DNA of 64,000 nt from Candidatus Kaiserbacteria bacterium (GTDB taxonomy: Bacteria > Patescibacteriota > Minisyncoccia > Phycocordibacterales > UBA918), in contig JAGQME010000001.1 of assembly GCA_020428795.1 (NCBI GenBank), positions 24,178 through 88,177 on the forward strand, written 5' to 3'. The notes beneath the pieces are model-generated. The model was given only the letters and a program-made list of their open reading frames with translations. It searched no databases and had not been told where the DNA came from. Shown one piece after another: positions 1 to 9,051 of this stretch (position 1 is its first letter; each line of letters opens with the position of its first letter). The position numbers and the translations under genes were made by a program.

Positions 1-506
1 CGGTAGCCAATCAAGAAAGTGCTTGGGTCTTCATCCATATCAATGAAGTCATCGACTGCTTCTTTGAATTTAGAAGATGCCGATCGACCAAAGGTTATTC
101 CCTCAACCTGACAGCCTTGGCTTTTTATGTATTCAACCAAGGGAATAAAATCTCCGTCGCCGGTAGCCAATACTATGGCGTCAACTTTAGGAGCAATCTT
201 GATAGCGTCAACGGCCATGCCAACATCCCAATCAGCCTTCTTGGCTCCGCCGTAAAAAATTTGTAAGTCTTTAGTTTTGATTTCGATTCCGATTTTTTCT
301 AAAGCTTCGAAGAAGGGTTGTTCTTCACCGCTTTCAGTGTTGACTACGTAACAAGCGGCTCTTATTAATTTGCGCCCACCAACGGCCGCACTTAAAACAG
401 CCGCAAAGTTAACTTTGCACTTGTGTAGATTTTTTGCACTGTGATATAAATTTTGCGTATCAATTATGACCGCTACCCGTTGTTCGGGTTGTCTGATAGA
501 TGACAT
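1..506 (-). CDS. NYN/LabA-like domain protein (PIN-like predicted RNase), 5' part of gene complete, extends off window start
   Basis: Manual reverse translation from the ATG at 504-506 gives MSSIRQPEQRVAVIIDTQNLYHSAKNL...ATGDGDFIPLVEYIK; the pattern of acidic residues and the GDGDF motif are typical of NYN/DUF88 proteins; not in the supplied ORF track because it runs off the edge. Confidence 0.55.
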   Translation of the reverse strand, partial: MSSIRQPEQRVAVIIDTQNLYHSAKNLHKCKVNFAAVLSAAVGGRKLIRAACYVVNTESGEEQPFFEALEKIGIEIKTKDLQIFYGGAKKADWDVGMAVDAIKIAPKVDAIVLATGDGDFIPLVEYIKSQGCQVEGITFGRSASSKFKEAVDDFIDMDEDPSTFLIGY

Positions 507-628
507 ATTTTTATGTGTAGTTTGGTTCGCCTAGACGAACTTAATAATATTAAAATAAGGACTGGTTTAGATAACCTTCGACAGTATACGATAACAAAAT
601 TGATGTTCCAAGCGGAACATCAATTTTG

Positions 629-895
629 TTATCGTTTTAGTCCTAGTTGAGCAATTAGCTTGTCGTAAGATTTAGCGTCTTTCTTCTGAAGATACTTTAA
701 ATGCTTTCGACGATCAGCTACCATTTGCAGAAGACCCCTTCTTGAGTGGAAGTCTTTCTTGTGCTTTTTTAGGTGCTTGGCTAGGTCTTCAATCTGGCGA
801 GTCAAAAGAGACACTTGAACTTCTGGTGAACCAGAATCATCATCGTGTCTTCTGACAGCTTTGATTGCATTTGATTTTTTTTGTTTGCTTAACAT
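629..895 (-). CDS. rpsO: 30S ribosomal protein S15
   Basis: 88 aa; [34 protein letters not shown]...[16 protein letters not shown] is the canonical S15 sequence pattern. Confidence 0.95.
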   Translation of the reverse strand: MLSKQKKSNAIKAVRRHDDDSGSPEVQVSLLTRQIEDLAKHLKKHKKDFHSRRGLLQMVADRRKHLKYLQKKDAKSYDKLIAQLGLKR

Positions 896-1075
896 TTGGC
901 AAGTTTTTAAATTAGTCCTTTGGCGTAGATAGCGCCTAGTCCCTGTAGTAACCTGCGAAGGTTGTTACTACTATAGCACATTTTCTGACTTTTGCAAGTT
1001 ACACCGTAGATTTTGTTTTTGTCAAAAAGCCGATGGTTTCTGTTTTGCTATACTATATATGACGTACATATATAT

Positions 1076-1993
1076 ATGAATCTTACTCAACTCAAACGCC
1101 AATTCTTGGAATATCTTGAAATCGAACGGGGTCGGGCAGTTAAGACGGTAGAAAATTATGATCGCTATCTGACAAAATTCTTTGAATATGCCAAAACCGA
1201 TGATCCAAAAAAAATAACCGAAGATATGGTACGTGAGTTTAGGTTGTATCTTAATCGTCAGCCAGGTACCAAAGTCGGTAGTCGAATAGATCCAATGAAA
1301 AGACGCACCCAAAATTATTATCTAATCGCTCTAAGGGCTTTTCTAAAATATATTAGAAAAAGAGGGGTCACTTCACTTTCGCCGGAGGTAATAGAGTTGG
1401 CTAAGGTGCCAGAGCGATCATTGGATTTAATTACTCCCCAAGAACTCGATAGGTTGATGAAAGCGCCCGACACCAAAACTCCGCAAGGTTTGCGTGACCG
1501 AGCTATTTTGGAACTACTTTTCTCTACTGGACTTCGTATTTCTGAACTATGTGCTCTATCGATTGATGATGTTGATTTGAGTCGAGATGAATTTTCGGTT
1601 CGGGGAAAGGGTGATAAGGTGCGAGTGGTTTTTTTATCTGATTCAGCCAAAGAAGCTATTAGTCTTTACCTAAAAGCTCGTAAAGATATGGATGAAGCAC
1701 TTTTTATTCAATATGGAAAACGAGCTGATAAAGCTAAGGACAGACGTCTGTCTACCAGAGCGGTCCAGCGTACTCTAAAGTCGGCAGCTATTAAGGCTGG
1801 TATCACTCGCAAGGTATCACCTCATGTTATTCGCCATAGCTTTGCTACCGACTTACTAAGTAACGGGGCTGATTTGCGTTCGGTTCAAGCTCTCTTGGGT
1901 CACGCTAACATTGGTACCACTCAGATTTATACTCATGTGACAGACAAACACTTGCGTGACGTTCATAAGAAATATCACAGCCGGGGTGGGTGA
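1076..1993 (+). CDS. xerD: Tyrosine site-specific recombinase, XerC/XerD family
   Basis: Core-binding N-domain followed by catalytic motifs ...RHSFATDLL... and LLGHANIGTTQIYTHV (catalytic Tyr). ORF-track start at 1013 is probably an N-terminal over-extension; MNLTQLKRQFLEYLE at 1076 is the more likely start. Confidence 0.88.
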   Translation: MNLTQLKRQFLEYLEIERGRAVKTVENYDRYLTKFFEYAKTDDPKKITEDMVREFRLYLNRQPGTKVGSRIDPMKRRTQNYYLIALRAFLKYIRKRGVTSLSPEVIELAKVPERSLDLITPQELDRLMKAPDTKTPQGLRDRAILELLFSTGLRISELCALSIDDVDLSRDEFSVRGKGDKVRVVFLSDSAKEAISLYLKARKDMDEALFIQYGKRADKAKDRRLSTRAVQRTLKSAAIKAGITRKVSPHVIRHSFATDLLSNGADLRSVQALLGHANIGTTQIYTHVTDKHLRDVHKKYHSRGG

Positions 1994-2094
1994 GTTGTAG
2001 ATTGTAATTTTTTGTGGACTCACGGAAATGAGCTTGGTAGTCATCAGGGTGTCTTTGACTCCGGAGTTTTGGTATATCGTGACTTATTTTCTCG

Positions 2095-4506
2095 CTAGTA
2101 ATCAATGCTGGTAACGACATTACCAATATGGGCTAACACATGCTCTTTGCCATCTTTATCAAAATACCGAGCATCGTATGTTGTTGCTCCGATTTCGGGC
2201 TTACTTGAGACAGGTAGTGCAAATTCGGTCTGATTTGTAGCGTTTTCTACAAACTGTAAGATTAAACTTTTTGCTTTTGTAGCGTCAGCATTACTGCGCA
2301 CAATCTCATTAGATTCATCAGTCAGCACTACACGTTTGTTCGGATTTTGGATGTAATCAGAAGCTAGTATTTCCATGACCTGATCGTTATCGTTCTCCTT
2401 GATCCAATCGGGTAACCTGTCGAAATGTTCCCAATCAGCAATATTGTCAACTCTAGGTATGAAGACTAGTACATTTTGAGGTTCTTCCATTTCTCCTTCT
2501 GCACTTTTGAAACGTTGCGTTCGTCCATCTTTGAGATAGGTATATACAGAACCTTTGGCTGTTGTAATAGATTTTGGTACCTTAACTTCCTCGACCTCAT
2601 CTTCTGTTGTTTGAGTTTCAGGTTGATTCGGTTGTTTTTGTAGTTGTTTCCATTGGCTAAAATTACCGTCCATGTATGCCCAGAAGGCAGTTCTGTCGGT
2701 TAGCGTTTCTTTTGGAAAACCTACTTGTTCAAGAGCGCCAGGATATTGTTGTTCATAAACTTGATTAAGTTTGAAAATATCATTTTGATTTCGAGCCCGA
2801 ATCCATGGAACCACTTCGCTTTCAACTATTAACATTGACTGCTCTCCATTCTCTGTTTCAAAAGTTTCAATGGTTCCAATTATAAAACCACGATCAATTT
2901 TATCTTGCCAATCCGCAGTCTCTTCTTTATTGGCTGTAATCTTTTTGTATGGATATTCGGTACGAAAAATTTCAGCAGGCATTTTTTCAAGTCCGCTAGC
3001 TTTAACTCCAGCAACTCGGTGCGTACCGTCAAAGACAGAATAAATTGGTCCGGCTGGGCCTTCATAACTAGCCAGCTTAATTCTATCTCCTAGTTTATCT
3101 TCCGTATGGAAAATTCTTTCAACCCCGGCTTCATTTTCTGGGTTATTTATCTGGTCAACAATTTCTCCAATTCGACCTTTTCGTTCATTATACTCATGTG
3201 CCCATCCATCCTCATAATTATCAGCATTTGGACGACCAATTATTTTTTCAGTAGCAACCAACTCAAATGAGCCTTTATCAGCACGTGAAGGTTCAATATC
3301 ATAGAAACTTCTTGTATCAATAATAGGCTCGGCTTTTAACTTTTCATAGTCTGGTTCAGTATTTAAAGTTCCAGTAGCTTTTTCTGTTTGAATGTAGTTC
3401 ACAACACTGCTCTTACTGATTTCTTCGGTATTATTGATGATTGCTTCAACTTTCTCTTGATTTAATTGCTGTTGATCATTCGTAAGACTTTCGGTTATTA
3501 TACCCTCAAACGATTCTCTTGGCGTTTGAGTGATTTTGTCAGCGGGTGTTTCAGTTGAAGTGGGGTCTTCGGGTGATGGGTCATTCTGCTCATTTTTGAT
3601 ATCTGGAGCATTTGTTACCAAGCGTTCGTAATAAGCACTTTTTTGCGGAAATCGGTCACTAAATAATTTAATTGCTGTTTCTTCAGGGTTGTAATTAACA
3701 TTCCGTTTAAATAAACGATCATCATCGCTATTATATGTATCAGCTTCTCTCAGGCAGGCGGCAAAATCAGGGTCTTCTTTGATTGAGTTGGGTAATTCTT
3801 CATCAGTCACTCCACCAGCCATAATCGCATCTATTTGAGATTGAATCATTTCACGTTCTTTTGCTAAGGCTTCAATCTTTATTTTTTCTTGCGTTAACAC
3901 TTCGTAGCGATCTGACACTCCATTCATCTCAATCACCACATCCCGTCGGTTTAGTTTCAAGCGATCAGAGTCATCAGCTTCAATCATGGCATTTATTTCG
4001 TCTAACTCGCTTTGAAGTTTCTCTGTTGCTCGGTGGTTGCGTTCTAATCGTTCATTAAAACTTGCCTCTTGTTTGTCGAAGGATAAGAGTCTGTCTCGCA
4101 AGCTAGCTGTTTTACCGTCTAACACCTGCCCAGCAATAAAACTTTTTATGATCTCGTCCTTTTTATCCGGAGATTTTGGGTCTGCTTTGATAATATCAAT
4201 ATCAAGTTTGCTGCTGGTGATTCTGTGCTCTGCTTGATTGATTCGATTTTGTATTTCTGGTAGACGGTATTCAAAATGCGACGGCTCCGTTGTATTCGTG
4301 TCTTGCCACCTCTCCAGATCTATCAAGGCAGCATCTCGGTTAATTTCTGATAGACGAACTCCTTCTTCAAGAGCTTCAATACGTTCCTTTTTAGTATCTT
4401 CAATAGTTAAATTTCCAGCCTCAATCTTTTCTTTAGTACCAGGATTTTCATTCTGATTATTCTTTTCAATTGATGGTGTGGCGGGATTTTCAAATTCTTT
4501 TTGCAT
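2095..4506 (-). CDS. Large hypothetical protein: N-terminal coiled-coil/acidic half and a C-terminal region carrying a ParB/sulfiredoxin-like nuclease motif
   Basis: 803 aa, no signal peptide. N-half is low complexity and rich in E/K/D/Q with heptad-like character. Motif YSVFDGTHRVAGVKASGLEKMPAEIF (about aa 440-465) resembles the DGxHR...A core of ParB-like nuclease/Srx-fold domains. Starts 40 bp downstream of tRNA-Ala on the same strand. Confidence 0.5.
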   Translation of the reverse strand: MQKEFENPATPSIEKNNQNENPGTKEKIEAGNLTIEDTKKERIEALEEGVRLSEINRDAALIDLERWQDTNTTEPSHFEYRLPEIQNRINQAEHRITSSKLDIDIIKADPKSPDKKDEIIKSFIAGQVLDGKTASLRDRLLSFDKQEASFNERLERNHRATEKLQSELDEINAMIEADDSDRLKLNRRDVVIEMNGVSDRYEVLTQEKIKIEALAKEREMIQSQIDAIMAGGVTDEELPNSIKEDPDFAACLREADTYNSDDDRLFKRNVNYNPEETAIKLFSDRFPQKSAYYERLVTNAPDIKNEQNDPSPEDPTSTETPADKITQTPRESFEGIITESLTNDQQQLNQEKVEAIINNTEEISKSSVVNYIQTEKATGTLNTEPDYEKLKAEPIIDTRSFYDIEPSRADKGSFELVATEKIIGRPNADNYEDGWAHEYNERKGRIGEIVDQINNPENEAGVERIFHTEDKLGDRIKLASYEGPAGPIYSVFDGTHRVAGVKASGLEKMPAEIFRTEYPYKKITANKEETADWQDKIDRGFIIGTIETFETENGEQSMLIVESEVVPWIRARNQNDIFKLNQVYEQQYPGALEQVGFPKETLTDRTAFWAYMDGNFSQWKQLQKQPNQPETQTTEDEVEEVKVPKSITTAKGSVYTYLKDGRTQRFKSAEGEMEEPQNVLVFIPRVDNIADWEHFDRLPDWIKENDNDQVMEILASDYIQNPNKRVVLTDESNEIVRSNADATKAKSLILQFVENATNQTEFALPVSSKPEIGATTYDARYFDKDGKEHVLAHIGNVVTSIDY

Positions 4507-4546
4507 ACATTACTTATAATACACCCAGTCACTCGCCTCGTTCGCT

Positions 4547-4620
4547 TGGTGGACTCACGGGGAATCGAACCCCGAATTTATCCATGCCATGGATACGTAT
4601 TACCACTATACTATGAGCCC
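4547..4620 (-). tRNA. tRNA-Ala (anticodon GGC), CCA encoded
   Basis: Reverse complement GGGCTCATAGTATAGTGGTAATACGTATCCATGGCATGGATAAATTCGGGGTTCGATTCCCCGTGAGTCCACCA folds as a cloverleaf. Acceptor GGGCTCA/TGAGTCC has the G3:U70 Ala identity pair. D-stem GTAT/ATAC; anticodon loop ATGGCAT; T-arm CGGGG-TTCGATT-CCCCG. Confidence 0.85.
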
Positions 4621-5033
4621 TAAATTAAAATAATGTGGTGGCGACATTGTACTAGAAAAGAAGTAAAATCACCACCTGATAATGTATGGATATTTATCCC
4701 CAGTCAGTTTGTTGCACTAACTTGCCAATTTAATACAGAGGAGTAGAATTAATAGTGAATCCCCGTACATTCAAAGTTCTTTTTAAAAATTGTAGTAGAC
4801 TACAGCCACCCGTATGGCAGTAATCTGCTAATAACAAACAATTTTTATCACCCACGCTCATTTGTTGAGCAAAACCCACAACAACCCAATCAAATTTTTT
4901 CTTTCCTTTTCCCACCCCTGTCCGCCCTGCCCCCTTCGAAAAAAGCTCGATTACGGGTTGTTTTTTGTTGTGTTATTTTTATTTTTGTGCAAGAAACTTA
5001 ATCTTAGGTCTAATTTTTATATTTTTAAAAACT

Positions 5034-5085
5034 CAAACAAACTAAACCGGTGTGGGCCTTGGCCCACACCGGTTTAGTTTGTTTG
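5034..5085. terminator. Long perfect palindrome / bidirectional intrinsic-terminator-like hairpin downstream of the 5117..5953 gene
   Basis: CAAACAAACTAAACCGGTGTGGGCC-TT-GGCCCACACCGGTTTAGTTTGTTTG forms a stem of about 24 bp. Confidence 0.6.
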
Positions 5086-5116
5086 ATTGTTACTAAGCTG
5101 GTCTTATAGTTTATTC

Positions 5117-5953
5117 CTAAACCTTATTAATCTCAGCTTCGTTTCGTAATTCTTCAATTATGTCACTAACTTGATTTTGTTCAGCTTCTAATTTTAGTTG
5201 TTGTTCGATCTGAGTCTCAACTTCTTCCAGTGGTGGCAAGCCAGCCGCTTCCCCGCCAAGTCTTTCGTAGTATTCTAATACTTGTTGGTCGTCAATTTCT
5301 ACTTCAGTTATTTTAGTGTCAAGATAAGCTTGAATATGGAGATTGTCAGCGATGTTGGTTTTTAGTGTTTCTTCGGTAAGACCGAATTCTGTTAACAGTT
5401 CAGCGAAAGCCTCTTCTCCACCATTTTGAGTAACTAAGGTATCAATCTCAGCTTGTACCGCTTCGTCTGATGGTCGTTCGACTGACTCACTGGCGGCCTG
5501 TTTTAATAACTCATTATTTATAATGACATCGTAAGCCTGAGTTTCGATTTGTGATTTTACAACCAGATCATTGATATCGACCCCACTCTGTAGAGCATTT
5601 TGAGTGACTTGGGTAATACTTTCGGCCAGATCACCTCTAGTGACTGCTATCCCGTTTACATAAGCTACTGGCTCGGCCGCTTCTTCTGGGGTCAGGGTGA
5701 TATTTGGATTGTTGTCAGCGTCAGCATTGGCTTTATCATTGGCTAGTTGCATATAAGCGACCCCGGCTACAATCAAGACCAAGACAGCGACTCCGGCAAA
5801 AAATAATGAAGGCTTCATTTTTCTTTCTGGAGTGGTTTGGTCTGGGGTCGATAATGAATTACTGGTACTGTTAGCCATCGGCTCGTTATTGTTATCGATT
5901 GGTGATTGGTTTGTTTCAGATTCAGGGTTATTGGTTGTTTGATTTTGCTCCAT
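5117..5953 (-). CDS. Membrane-anchored SurA-N-like chaperone domain protein (PpiD/PrsA-like N-domain), low-complexity N-terminus
   Basis: 278 aa; N-terminal N/S/T-rich stretch, one TM helix (LFFAGVAVLVLIVAGVAYM), then VAYVNGIAVTRGDL...ETQAYDVIINNELLKQ resembling the SurA N-terminal domain. Confidence 0.45.
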   Translation of the reverse strand: MEQNQTTNNPESETNQSPIDNNNEPMANSTSNSLSTPDQTTPERKMKPSLFFAGVAVLVLIVAGVAYMQLANDKANADADNNPNITLTPEEAAEPVAYVNGIAVTRGDLAESITQVTQNALQSGVDINDLVVKSQIETQAYDVIINNELLKQAASESVERPSDEAVQAEIDTLVTQNGGEEAFAELLTEFGLTEETLKTNIADNLHIQAYLDTKITEVEIDDQQVLEYYERLGGEAAGLPPLEEVETQIEQQLKLEAEQNQVSDIIEELRNEAEINKV

Positions 5954-6137
5954 AAATATTTCTTAAATTCTGCGTTAAGTAATTTACGTATACAGTAGCA
6001 CGCTCATTATTTTTGTCACCGTTACGTTAAGCAGAACTACGTTGTATTGTTATATTTTGTTAGATTGCGGTGATGTTTTTACTAGTCGATCCAGAATACC
6101 TCGGGGTGTTAGGGCGGAAATGGCTAGGTGGATGTTT

Positions 6138-8546
6138 TTACAGATTAACATCATTTACATCTAGGTGAATAGTGTCACCTTTTTGGACTAGACCGCCAAT
6201 AATATTTTGGGCAACAGCTTCTTCTATAACATCTTGAATTACTCTTTGCATTGGTCTGGCTCCAAATACGGGGTCGTAACCCTTTTGGACTAGAGCATCG
6301 ACTAGGGCTGGAGTAAGGGATATTTGGTAACCTTGATCATTGATTCTGGATTGTAGTGAAGCCAGCATGAGCTTGGCGACGGAATGTTGTTCAGTAATGG
6401 TTAGTGGTTCAAATATAATAGTGTTATCAAAACGGTTTATTAATTCTGGTCGGTAAATTCCGGTCGATACAATTTCTTCGATTATATCTCTAGTGATGGT
6501 TTTTAGGTCCCTACCCTCCTTGACGGCGTCCATAATATGATTGCTACCGGCGTTACTAGTCGCAATAATAATAGTGTTTCTAGCATTAATTTTTTCACCA
6601 AAACCACTGGTAAACATTCCCTCGTCTAAGATTTGCAGGAATATGTCATGAATGGTTGGGTCAGCTTTTTCAAATTCGTCTAGCAACAATACGCTGTAAG
6701 GACGTTCTTGTAATAAAGAAGGTAATACCCCACTTTCTTCATTGTTGCCGATCATGTGACCAACTCTGTCTTCGCTACCGTATTCAGACATATCAAGACG
6801 AACCATTTTGTCTTCATCTCCAAAAAATATGTAGGCCAATGCCTTGGCGGTTTCTGTCTTTCCTACTCCGGTCGGACCAAGAAACAAGAATGAACCAATT
6901 GGTCGATCACTATTTACGATACCGGCTCTAGCTCTTCGCATAGTGCTTGATATAGCTGAAAGAGCAGAATCTTGCCCAATTACTCTGGCGTGTAAAGTGT
7001 CTTCTAGATTGAGTAATACGTCTCTCTCTTCACTAGTAACCGGTCCGACCGGCATGCCGGTTTTTTGAGCGATAACACTATAAACTAAGTCAGGGGTGTA
7101 AATATAATTCTCCGGTGCTCGCATTGCCACATCGGTCAAAAGAGCGATAGCCTTATCCGGCATGACACCATCAACCAGATATCGATCGGCCCCGACTGCG
7201 ATGGCTTCGATGGCTGGGTAAGTAAATAATCCATTTTGTTCATACTGAGTAGCAATTGATTGTAATAAGAAAATACTACCTTCTTGTCCGGGTTCTTCAA
7301 TTAAGATTTCTTCAAATCTTCTGGTAAAACCACTGTTTCTTTCAAGTGTATTATGAAAATTGCTTGGTGTATCTAATGCAATAATATGTAAGTGAGGATG
7401 AGCCAAGTATTCGTCCATTAGTTCCGGTACATATGAGCCAATTGATTCTGCTTGTTTTATGAAATTACTCATATTCTCTATCACCAATATAATATTTCCA
7501 GCCCCGAGTGATTCATTTAGTAGTTTTGTGAAAATATTTTCAAAACTGACTTTATTTTCGCTATTGGCAAAAATAGCGTCAGTGTCTAAGGTGACAAAAT
7601 TTTGATCTATCACCGAAGCGATAGCATTACCTTGTTTTATTTTGTCTGCTAAACCTATCACGATATCCATTTTACCAACTCCTGGTTGTCCGATTATCAA
7701 GGCATTAGCAGCTTGATTCCTAGCTAAGGCTTCTTCTAATTTGTTTATGTAGGGGGCAGAAAAATCATAGTTTCGGGTCAGACCTCCAAATACAGCGCTG
7801 GAATAAAGACTCTTAGTGTATCTCTCTAAATGATAGGTATGACCGTATGTCCAAGTACGAGCAATACCAGGTGTTTTTGACAACATATCACGGCTCCACC
7901 ACTTCTCTCTTCTCTTGAGAGCGTGGTTATTTTTAATTACCCAATTTAAGGCGCCAATAAAGTGTTCTTTTTGTACGCCAGATTGACCAAGTAGTTTGGA
8001 AAAGGCTGGATCGTTTTGCAGTATAAAGATACCAATGTTGATCAGAGTGACAACTTTTTCGTTATCAACCGGAATTGATTCAGTATTGATGATAGTTCTG
8101 TCACTACTGTTTAGATATTCAGAAATAGCTTGTTTAGTTATTCCGGTTCGACTTAAAACCAGACTACCAAGTGGTGACAAGGCAAAGCCCTTAAAAACAT
8201 CATTTTCGTATTGACCAAACGCCTCGGCTACTTCGTAGGTTATTCCACTCTCTGGTTTGCTACTGATGCCAATGACATTTTCTAATCCAAAAAAATAATA
8301 GTAGTTATGAAAACTATAGAGCAATAATTGCTCAATCCATAAGCTAGTAGCGATTAAGGTTAAACCAATAGCGTAATCAAAATAGTCATTTTGTCCAACA
8401 GCTAGAAGAAAGACACTAAGCAGTCCAGCTAACACAGCAATTGTTCCAAAAATTAGGCGTAATCTATTAAGCCAGTCTCTAGATATTATCTTGGTTAAGG
8501 CAATCGCTGGTTTATGATAGCGAAGAGAGTTTTTTAAAGTGAACAT
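6138..8546 (-). CDS. ClpA/ClpB/ClpC-family AAA+ ATPase, membrane-anchored, with degenerate first ATPase domain
   Basis: 802 aa. Two N-terminal TM helices. D1 has a Walker A-like IIGQPGVGKMDIV (T replaced by M) and no DE Walker B (ILVIENMS). D2 is intact (FLFLGPTGVGKTE ... VLLLDEFEKA ... sensor TSNAG) and the C-terminal ClpB-D2-small region reads GARPMQRVIQ. Confidence 0.82.
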   Translation of the reverse strand: MFTLKNSLRYHKPAIALTKIISRDWLNRLRLIFGTIAVLAGLLSVFLLAVGQNDYFDYAIGLTLIATSLWIEQLLLYSFHNYYYFFGLENVIGISSKPESGITYEVAEAFGQYENDVFKGFALSPLGSLVLSRTGITKQAISEYLNSSDRTIINTESIPVDNEKVVTLINIGIFILQNDPAFSKLLGQSGVQKEHFIGALNWVIKNNHALKRREKWWSRDMLSKTPGIARTWTYGHTYHLERYTKSLYSSAVFGGLTRNYDFSAPYINKLEEALARNQAANALIIGQPGVGKMDIVIGLADKIKQGNAIASVIDQNFVTLDTDAIFANSENKVSFENIFTKLLNESLGAGNIILVIENMSNFIKQAESIGSYVPELMDEYLAHPHLHIIALDTPSNFHNTLERNSGFTRRFEEILIEEPGQEGSIFLLQSIATQYEQNGLFTYPAIEAIAVGADRYLVDGVMPDKAIALLTDVAMRAPENYIYTPDLVYSVIAQKTGMPVGPVTSEERDVLLNLEDTLHARVIGQDSALSAISSTMRRARAGIVNSDRPIGSFLFLGPTGVGKTETAKALAYIFFGDEDKMVRLDMSEYGSEDRVGHMIGNNEESGVLPSLLQERPYSVLLLDEFEKADPTIHDIFLQILDEGMFTSGFGEKINARNTIIIATSNAGSNHIMDAVKEGRDLKTITRDIIEEIVSTGIYRPELINRFDNTIIFEPLTITEQHSVAKLMLASLQSRINDQGYQISLTPALVDALVQKGYDPVFGARPMQRVIQDVIEEAVAQNIIGGLVQKGDTIHLDVNDVNL

Positions 8547-8564
8547 ATATATGTATTGTCTAAA

Positions 8565-9032
8565 TTAAAATAACATCAAAATTCCCCAGATAAATAAAAT
8601 CACAATCAAGCCGGGTGCCAAAAGCCAAAAAGCATAGATAAAGCCTATAGACAGTATTTCAATTATTAAAACCATTAGGCCTATCAGTATCACTGCTGTG
8701 CGCATGACGGCTCCAACTAGCCGTGAGAATATATTGATAACAATGGCTCCAGCGATGGCTTCAAAGTCCCAACCACGTCCCTTTGACTCGGTCATTCTCT
8801 TCCAAGGAGAAAATAAAGATTTTAATAAAAGTACAATCGAAAAGAAATTAACGGTAAACCAAAGGAGGTTTTTCCAAATTTGAAATAATGAGCGCAGAGC
8901 AATTGAGTAATGCCACACTAGATAGTGGTTAAGAACTAAGATTGAAGTCATATATGTAGTATAACGTGAACCAGTCGTTAAAATTATTTCGGCTGTGTAT
9001 CTGAATAGATACTTTTTGGTATTTAGGGTCAA
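8565..9032 (-). CDS. Hypothetical multi-pass membrane protein (true start probably the internal MTSILV near 8951)
   Basis: 155 aa with 3-4 hydrophobic helices; sits upstream of and co-oriented with the Clp-like ATPase; 5' end overlaps the xthA start if taken at 9032. Confidence 0.35.
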   Translation of the reverse strand: MTLNTKKYLFRYTAEIILTTGSRYTTYMTSILVLNHYLVWHYSIALRSLFQIWKNLLWFTVNFFSIVLLLKSLFSPWKRMTESKGRGWDFEAIAGAIVINIFSRLVGAVMRTAVILIGLMVLIIEILSIGFIYAFWLLAPGLIVILFIWGILMLF

Positions 9033-9051
9033 AAACCCATATAATAGCCCT

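Noticed and set aside
1076-1993. Calling the Xer-family recombinase a phage/island integrase responsible for the tRNA-linked repeats
   Set aside because: It has the length and architecture of a housekeeping XerC/XerD, which is typically single-copy in reduced genomes. No adjacent excisionase or att repeats of tRNA-Ala were found. A connection is possible but unsupported.
1022-2126. Small ORFs antisense or overlapping the Xer recombinase gene (1022-1312, 1318-1650, 1856-2044, 1905-2126)
   Set aside because: They lie entirely within or opposite a well-supported gene, have low-complexity translations and no independent signals.
4730-5077. 61-aa and 71-aa ORFs in the C-rich AT-poor patch between tRNA-Ala and the SurA-like gene
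   Set aside because: No RBS and low-complexity products (poly-K, CPPCP). The patch (…CCCACCCCTGTCCGCCCTGCCCCC…) is odd in composition, but I cannot assign it a function. It may be a promoter or UTR element.
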